Of a stretch of DNA of 64,000 bases, positions 57,969 to 64,000 are shown in pieces. Positions within the stretch are counted from its first letter, which is position 1. Every line of letters starts with the position of its first letter. The notes under the pieces were generated by a model. That model ran no database searches. It saw only the letters and a list, made by a program, of their open reading frames with translations, and was not told the DNA's origin. The translations under genes and the position numbers were made by a program. Source of the DNA: a virus (Duplodnaviria; Caudoviricetes); the IMG/VR virus record IMGVR_UViG_3300033120_000864, positions 1 to 64,000 of that record. The stretch is one strand, 5' to 3'.

Positions 57969-59765
57969 TTGGAACTTAAAGACAAAGAAAAAGTCAAAAT
58001 TTTGGCAGTGGATTCAGATAACTCTGGATCTAAATATCACAGAATTACCCTTCCTTGGAAGAGAATGAATGGTAAAACAATAGATGTAGGAGAAAACACT
58101 CTACCTATTTCTGTAGATATTAAAAAATGTGAAGCAAACAAAGTATCTTTAACAGAAGATGATTTTAAGAATTATGACATTGTAGTAGTCCATTGGACTT
58201 ACTTAAATGCACTTCCTGATGTAGCACAATGGGCATCAAGACATAAAACTAGAATTATTCAGGATGTTGATGATTTTTGGGAACTTCCACAAGATCATAT
58301 TGATAGTAAGGGATCATATAGCAAGATAGTACCTCAAGTTGTAATGGCTGATGTGGTAACTTGTAGTACAGAAAGACTTAGTGCTCATCTTATTCAATTT
58401 AATGATAAGATAAGTATTAGTCCTAATTACCTTCCTATTGGTGAAGAACAGTTTACAGATAAACGTAAAGAAAAAGATGTTGAAAAGCTTTTATCTATGG
58501 GTGCTTCTGTAGCTGTAGAAGTTGATGATAAGATTAATATTGGTATTGTAGGTTCTATTAGCCACTATCATGATTGGATCTCCATCACAAATGTATTTAA
58601 GAAGCTTGCAGGGGATGATGAAATAAGAAAGAGATGTAGGTTTGTATATGGTGGATATACAGAAGGTTTTAGATATTGTGAAGGTATTCTTAGAATGCTT
58701 AAAAACTCTCATAAAGATATGGAAGTAATCACTGTGCCTGCTACTTCTGTAAATGACTATATGAATATCTATGATTCTGTAGATATTATGTTAGCTCCTT
58801 TAACAGATAATGAGTTTAATAGATGTAAATCTTCATTAAAGATTATAGAAGCTGGACTCAAAGGAATACCTGTAGTGGGAAATCCTTTATATCTGCATAA
58901 GGAAGTACCTTGTGTTCTTCATGCAACCACTCCTAAAGAGCATTTTGAGCTTATTAAAGACCTTATTAAGGATGATAAGTACATCAGACTAGGAATGGAG
59001 ACAAGAGAGGCTGTAAAGCAGCTTAATCACTTTGAACAGAGGCTTGAAAACTTAGGAAGTATATGTGAATATCTTCTTAATGAAGAAGTGGAAGTTGTTC
59101 CTGAAAACTTAAAGGTTTTTGGAATTACATATTCCCCAGAGCAATCTACAGAGTACACACAGTATGATAATAGTGCTATAAGAAGTCCTGAACAAAAGAG
59201 CTACTTATTTGAGTATAATCCAATTATAGACATAATGGATAAAAATACTTTTAATGAAAATGATTATATAGGAATATTTAGTCATAAATTTAGTAGGAAA
59301 ACAAATGTTCCTAAAAAAGTGTTAAACAAAATGTTTTTGGAAGTAACAAATGAGGAATCTCCAGATATTATTGGTCTTGCTCCTTCATTCCTTAAAGGCA
59401 ACTATTTGGAATGGACTGAGAATCAACATCCTAATTTTATAAAGGTGTTTACACTTTTATGTACAAAACTAGGACTTAAGGTGGCAGAACCAAAAAATAT
59501 TGTTTATTCAAACTTCTTCTTAGCAAAGGCTCCTATTTATAAGAAATTCGTAGATGAGGTGATTAAGCCTGCTATAGAAGTTCTTGAAGGAGACCTAGAA
59601 CCTTTTGCTTGGCAAAATGCTAAGTATGAGGCAGGACTTAATTCTAAAGACTTGAAAGAAGTGAGTGGATTGGAATACTATCCATTACATACTTTCCTAT
59701 TAGAAAGACTTTTAAGTATATGGGTTGAGAATAATCCAGAAATAAAATTTAAACAAATACTATAA
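57969..59765 (+). CDS. two-domain glycosyltransferase (GT-B plus second GT-like domain)
   Basis: YHRI..P, DVDD, FNRCKSSLKIIEAG..G.PV; C-terminal NFFLA, FLLERL. Confidence 0.75.
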   Translation: MELKDKEKVKILAVDSDNSGSKYHRITLPWKRMNGKTIDVGENTLPISVDIKKCEANKVSLTEDDFKNYDIVVVHWTYLNALPDVAQWASRHKTRIIQDVDDFWELPQDHIDSKGSYSKIVPQVVMADVVTCSTERLSAHLIQFNDKISISPNYLPIGEEQFTDKRKEKDVEKLLSMGASVAVEVDDKINIGIVGSISHYHDWISITNVFKKLAGDDEIRKRCRFVYGGYTEGFRYCEGILRMLKNSHKDMEVITVPATSVNDYMNIYDSVDIMLAPLTDNEFNRCKSSLKIIEAGLKGIPVVGNPLYLHKEVPCVLHATTPKEHFELIKDLIKDDKYIRLGMETREAVKQLNHFEQRLENLGSICEYLLNEEVEVVPENLKVFGITYSPEQSTEYTQYDNSAIRSPEQKSYLFEYNPIIDIMDKNTFNENDYIGIFSHKFSRKTNVPKKVLNKMFLEVTNEESPDIIGLAPSFLKGNYLEWTENQHPNFIKVFTLLCTKLGLKVAEPKNIVYSNFFLAKAPIYKKFVDEVIKPAIEVLEGDLEPFAWQNAKYEAGLNSKDLKEVSGLEYYPLHTFLLERLLSIWVENNPEIKFKQIL

Positions 59766-60019
59766 TGAGTAATAACCTAAATGATGCAGATGAGGAAGAA
59801 ACTAAACCTCTGTTTTGTGAAACTATAAATATGAAGTACGGAGAGTTTAAGAATAGAGAAAAACTATTTAAACTTCTTAAGAATTCTATTATAGCAGATC
59901 TAGAAGAAAAATATGATGCATTAGATGCTTCAAGAGCAAATGATGAGTATTCCTTCTGTCATTTAGAAGGATATGCTACATGTTTAAAAGATGTAATTGA
60001 ATTAATAAAAGAAAAGTAA
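59765..60019 (+). CDS. hypothetical protein
   Basis: Coupled ORF. Confidence 0.5.
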   Translation: MSNNLNDADEEETKPLFCETINMKYGEFKNREKLFKLLKNSIIADLEEKYDALDASRANDEYSFCHLEGYATCLKDVIELIKEK

Positions 60020-60513
60020 TGGAAGAAAAATATTATTTTATCAGTAGATCTAGAGACTATGCTGATGAATTCGATACTCATGGTTGTGGTGTTATGACTC
60101 AGGCTGAATATACTAAAGCTAAAGAAATAACAGATGAAACATTAGACAAATTCTTTAATAGGCAAAAAGTATCTGATCTTACTGAAGAAGAATTTAATAA
60201 GGTTAAGGCACAATATCCATTTAGTAGTGAATATTTTCACAATGAACTTGGAGAAAAGTTTCGCTATAAATATTTAAGTGATCTTAACTATTGCCATTAC
60301 CTTGAACACAAAGAAGCTGTAGAAAAGAAGATTAGACAATGCTCTAGAGAACTTGAAGTTGGTTTTGGTACTAATGAGTCTCATGAGTATAGATCTATTG
60401 AAGATTACTACAGTGATTTGATTGTGAAAGAAATTGATAGTACTGAATATGAAGTACTAAAAAAATTCTTTCCAAGAAAGTTTGGAATACTACAATTCCC
60501 TTTATCACATTAA
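60019..60513 (+). CDS. hypothetical protein
   Basis: DYADEFD, FGTNE. Confidence 0.6.
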   Translation: MEEKYYFISRSRDYADEFDTHGCGVMTQAEYTKAKEITDETLDKFFNRQKVSDLTEEEFNKVKAQYPFSSEYFHNELGEKFRYKYLSDLNYCHYLEHKEAVEKKIRQCSRELEVGFGTNESHEYRSIEDYYSDLIVKEIDSTEYEVLKKFFPRKFGILQFPLSH

Positions 60514-60667
60514 AATGATGAAATGGATTTGTAAATTGTTTGGTCATGATTGGAAGTATAATTTTAAATCAATAGCAGACAAAAGAACTTGTAGAAGATG
60601 TGGAGTTGTTTATAAATTAAACACTCCCTCTCTACAGTATATTGAAAGTAAGTAATAAGTTTACTTA

Positions 60668-61711
60668 ATGTCGAACAAAATATCTGCTAGAATTATAGCA
60701 GACAGTGAAAATATAGAAACAGGAGATAGAATTACAACATTTGTATGTGTATTTCCTAGAATAATTTTAGCTGAGTTAAATACTCATAGAGCCTTCTCAA
60801 GAAATAGTGCAAGTAGTAGGGCTATTCCATTTAAAAGGATGGTAGAAATGGTACAACAAGATCCTTTTATTCCTATTGCATGGCAAAAAGATCATAAAGG
60901 AATGCAAGGTACTGAATATATTACAGATGAAAAGGATGCTAGTTTTATGGAATATAGTTGGAGACTAGCTAGAATTCAAGCCATAAAGAGTGCCGAGCTT
61001 ATGAATGGTAGAGGATGTACTAAACAACTTTGTAATAGAATTCTAGAACCTTTTATGTGGCATACAGCTATCATAACAGCTACAGAATTTGAGAATTTCT
61101 TTAAATTAAGATGTCCTAGATATAAATATACTTATTCTCAGGGAGTAAGAGATATTAATTATTGTGAGGAGATTATACATTTTAATAGTAAAAAAGACTG
61201 GTTAAGATTTAAAAATTCTTTATCTACAGAAGCAGAATGTTATAAAAATCATCCTACTCCAACTAATGATATAGAATGGTTAAAGATTAATGAAGGACAA
61301 GGAGAAATTCATATAATGGCTTTAGCTGAGGCTATGTGGGATACTCTTAATGAATCTAGTCCTAAAAGACTTTTAAGTGGACAATGGCATATTCCTTTTG
61401 GAGATAATATTGAAACAAGAAGAGTTTTTACAGATATTCTTAAAAAGGATATTGATCATTCTGATAGTAGTAAGTATAGCAAAGAAGCTGATGAAGCTAA
61501 AGCAAAAATTGCCACTGCAAGATGTGCTAGAGTGAGTTATTTAAATTTTGAAGGTAAGGATGATTATGAAGCTGATATAAAGCTACATGATATATTATTG
61601 AGTAGTGGACATATGTCACCATTTGAACACTGTGCAAGAACCATGGATGAATCTAGAAGAAGTGGAAACTTTAAAGGATTTCTCCAATATAGAAAAATGG
61701 TAGAAGTATAA
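60668..61711 (+). CDS. thyX: flavin-dependent thymidylate synthase-like protein
   Basis: ELNTHRAFSRNSASSR, KQLCNR, ARVSY, GHMSPFEH. Confidence 0.8.
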   Translation: MSNKISARIIADSENIETGDRITTFVCVFPRIILAELNTHRAFSRNSASSRAIPFKRMVEMVQQDPFIPIAWQKDHKGMQGTEYITDEKDASFMEYSWRLARIQAIKSAELMNGRGCTKQLCNRILEPFMWHTAIITATEFENFFKLRCPRYKYTYSQGVRDINYCEEIIHFNSKKDWLRFKNSLSTEAECYKNHPTPTNDIEWLKINEGQGEIHIMALAEAMWDTLNESSPKRLLSGQWHIPFGDNIETRRVFTDILKKDIDHSDSSKYSKEADEAKAKIATARCARVSYLNFEGKDDYEADIKLHDILLSSGHMSPFEHCARTMDESRRSGNFKGFLQYRKMVEV

Positions 61712-62259
61712 TGGAGCATAACACCTTATTTGTTAATTTGTTTGCTGGACTAGGATGTGGAAAATCAACTCATGCTGCTGGAGTATTTTATGAGCTTAAA
61801 AAACAAAATGCTAAAGCAGAATATATTCAAGAATATGCAAAAGATGCAACTTGGAGAGAAGATTTTTTCACATTAGGTTGTCAACCTTATATAACAGGAA
61901 AACAGCTATTTAGACAATACAGAGTTAATGGTAAAGTCGATATAGCAATTACAGATAGTCCTTTGTTAATAGGACTCGCTTATTCTGGTTTTGGAGTTAC
62001 AGATAGCTATAGAAAATGGCTAGTTGAGGCTCAAGCATTATTCAATAACTTGAATATTCTACTTATAAGAAATACAGATGTTCATCCATATCAGCCATAT
62101 GGAAGAAATCAAAGTGAAGAACAGGCTAAAAAAATAGATGGAGCTATTAAGATAATGTTAGATGACTATGGTATAGAATATCATGTCATTCAAGTAGGAG
62201 ATAACTCTCTTAATGAAATATTATCTCTAATAGAGAAGAACAAATTATTAAAACAATAA
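61711..62259 (+). CDS. NadR/AAA_28-like P-loop kinase
   Basis: AGLGCGKST, EYAK, TDSP, GRNQ. Confidence 0.7.
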   Translation: MEHNTLFVNLFAGLGCGKSTHAAGVFYELKKQNAKAEYIQEYAKDATWREDFFTLGCQPYITGKQLFRQYRVNGKVDIAITDSPLLIGLAYSGFGVTDSYRKWLVEAQALFNNLNILLIRNTDVHPYQPYGRNQSEEQAKKIDGAIKIMLDDYGIEYHVIQVGDNSLNEILSLIEKNKLLKQ

Positions 62260-62266
62260 TTTTAAT

Positions 62267-62635
62267 ATGGAAGTTAAAGTGGTATTAGCTTTGCTATTCT
62301 TACACTGGGTTGCAGATTTTCTTCTGCAGACAGATTGGCAAGCTAAAAATAAAAGTAAGAATAATAACGCATTACTAAGACATACAGCTATATATTCTTT
62401 AGTATTTACAATAGCAGCTACAATATATGGTATATACACAGTGAATGATTTTTTTGGACTAAGCTTTGGTTTTATTACCTTTGTTTGCCATACAATCACT
62501 GACTATATAACTAGTAGAATAAACACCTATTTGTATGCTAAAGGAGATGTACACAATTTCTTTGTTAGTGTGGGATTTGATCAGTTTTTGCATTTTGCAC
62601 AATTATTAATAACATTTAAACTTTTACATGGATAA
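62267..62635 (+). CDS. DUF3307-like membrane protein
   Basis: HWVADFLLQ, H..TD, DQFLH. Confidence 0.75.
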   Translation: MEVKVVLALLFLHWVADFLLQTDWQAKNKSKNNNALLRHTAIYSLVFTIAATIYGIYTVNDFFGLSFGFITFVCHTITDYITSRINTYLYAKGDVHNFFVSVGFDQFLHFAQLLITFKLLHG

Positions 62636-63032
62636 TAAATATGCTTTATTTTTGGATGCTAAAAGGTTTCCTGGAGACGCTAGAGTGGAAACAGGGAATC
62701 CAGATTATAGTAGAGCATGGATAGTTGTAAAAAGCTATTCTCAATTTATTAATGCTGTCAAGAGTAGAGGGTTACCTGAATTGGTATCCTTTGATCATGA
62801 TATAAGTGATAAGAGAACATGGTTTACTACTAAGTATCCTGACGCAGAATTAACAGGACATGATTGCGCTAAATGGTTAATAGAATACTGTATCATAAAT
62901 AGAAGAAGATTTCCTGACTTTCTTGTACATTGTAGAGATGACGATGAAGCCATGGAACTAAACTTCTTATTGAATGGATATAAAACAAATGAAGATGCCT
63001 ACATACAAAGTAGCGATATGTGCTATTGTTAA
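62628..63032 (+). CDS. cyclic-phosphate-processing receiver-like (cREC) domain protein
   Basis: LFLD..R, SFDHD, TGHDCAKWL. Confidence 0.7.
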   Translation: MDNKYALFLDAKRFPGDARVETGNPDYSRAWIVVKSYSQFINAVKSRGLPELVSFDHDISDKRTWFTTKYPDAELTGHDCAKWLIEYCIINRRRFPDFLVHCRDDDEAMELNFLLNGYKTNEDAYIQSSDMCYC

Positions 63033-63726
63033 GAATGAAGGAGAATATTTAGAGGAATGGTACTTGCATCATAATAGATTAGGAATTAACCATTTCTTTA
63101 TCTATGACAATAATAGTACTGTTCCAATAAAGAATAACTTTTTGAGAGATAGAGATAATGTCTCTATTACGTTTTGGAAAGATGATAAGCATGGAAGTCA
63201 AAATAGAGCTTATAAACATTGTTGTGAAACTCACTCAGACTATGACTATATATTATTTATAGATATAGATGAGTTTCTAATGTTTAGTAAAAAGTACACT
63301 AATATTAATGATTTCCTAGAAGCTTATGTAGCTAAGGTTGGTAAATTTAATGGACTAGGAATATCTTGGAGAATGTATGGAAAAAGAATGCCATATTTTC
63401 AAATAAGACAACCAATGGAATCTTATACTCAGTATTTTGATAATGAGCATATTAAATCATTGGTTTCTCCTAAAGCAGTGATACATTTTCCTGATCCACA
63501 CTGTCCTGTATTAACAGGAAAGTATATGAATGAAAATGGAAACTCTATTAAAGGACCTCTTAATCCTCATACATCCACTGATATTTGGATCAAACATGTT
63601 TGGACCAGATCTTTAAGTGAATTTAAAGAAAAGATTGAGAGAGGAGATGCCAACTTAAGAGTTAAAAATAGGAGGATAGAAGATTTTGAAAATCATAATG
63701 ATCAATGTAAAAAAGATGACATTTAA
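62989..63726 (+). CDS. GT2/GT92-like glycosyltransferase
   Basis: CAIVKNE..YLEEW, YDNNS, FIDIDEF. Confidence 0.85.
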   Translation: MKMPTYKVAICAIVKNEGEYLEEWYLHHNRLGINHFFIYDNNSTVPIKNNFLRDRDNVSITFWKDDKHGSQNRAYKHCCETHSDYDYILFIDIDEFLMFSKKYTNINDFLEAYVAKVGKFNGLGISWRMYGKRMPYFQIRQPMESYTQYFDNEHIKSLVSPKAVIHFPDPHCPVLTGKYMNENGNSIKGPLNPHTSTDIWIKHVWTRSLSEFKEKIERGDANLRVKNRRIEDFENHNDQCKKDDI

Positions 63727-64000
63727 TGTATTTAGTATTCAAGATGAGAATAAAGGGCCTTATAGACTGGTAGAAATAAACTTTGGACCAGAGGAAGCAT
63801 TTGATGAAAGTTATTATGATGATTCAGAACCATTACAAATAGCTATTGGACTTATGATTGAAATCCTAGAAGCTAAAGGTATAAAAGACCAAGTAGACTC
63901 TGTGGAAAGGAATCTTATAAGATATATAGATGGATCATATTCAGCTGTAGTATTTTATGAGAAAATAAAGGAATTCTTTGAAGAATTAGAAGAGGAGACA
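63716..64000 (+). CDS. hypothetical protein, 3'-truncated by window edge
   Basis: Open frame MTFNVFSIQD... to window end. Confidence 0.5.
   Translation, partial: MTFNVFSIQDENKGPYRLVEINFGPEEAFDESYYDDSEPLQIAIGLMIEILEAKGIKDQVDSVERNLIRYIDGSYSAVVFYEKIKEFFEELEEET

Noticed and set aside
6872-62499. Many short minus-strand or alternate-frame ORFs in the track (e.g. 6872, 9412, 10408, 30438, 37745, 46627, 57154, 62248)
   Set aside because: They lie inside well-supported + strand genes and show no motifs or promoters.
1-64000. Stop-codon reassignment as seen in some crAss-like phages
   Set aside because: Genes are full length under the standard code and TAG, TGA and TAA all terminate genes; only one internal stop (PNKP) was found.
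1-64000. CRISPR array, DGR or retron
   Set aside because: No regularly spaced repeats, cas genes or reverse transcriptase were seen.

Overview
AT-rich, gene-dense, almost entirely + strand segment of a large dsDNA bacteriophage. It uses the standard genetic code and has no virion structural genes in this window. Bacteroidota-type TTTG-N20-TAnnTTT(G/A) promoters point to a Bacteroidota host, and the replication module looks crAss-like (inference). 1-16 kb: small early and membrane ORFs, tRNA-His/Leu/Arg, a tmRNA, several anticodon-defective tRNA-like RNAs, a RelA/SpoT-type HD hydrolase and an IS1595-family element with cargo. 16-20 kb: a NARP1-like NAD+ reconstitution pair (Prs-like plus Nampt-like) with an ADP-ribosylglycohydrolase and a HAD phosphatase between them. 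20-44 kb: a split phiEco32-like amidoligase/ATP-grasp/GATase system interleaved with PolB, DnaB, Sak4-like ATPase, SSB, primase and UDG. 44-64 kb: nucleases, class II RNR, MazG proteins, GroES, an RNA-repair cluster (RlaP, RNA ligase, PNKP with an internal TAA), glycosyltransferases and ThyX. The most novel candidates are the extended NAD+/ADP-ribose recycling operon, a tmRNA whose 50-codon acidic tag lacks the Ala-Ala degron, the anticodon-less tRNA mimics, and a TTGAAAGTRA motif at near-fixed distance from start codons. All protein calls come from motif recognition by eye; no searches were run.
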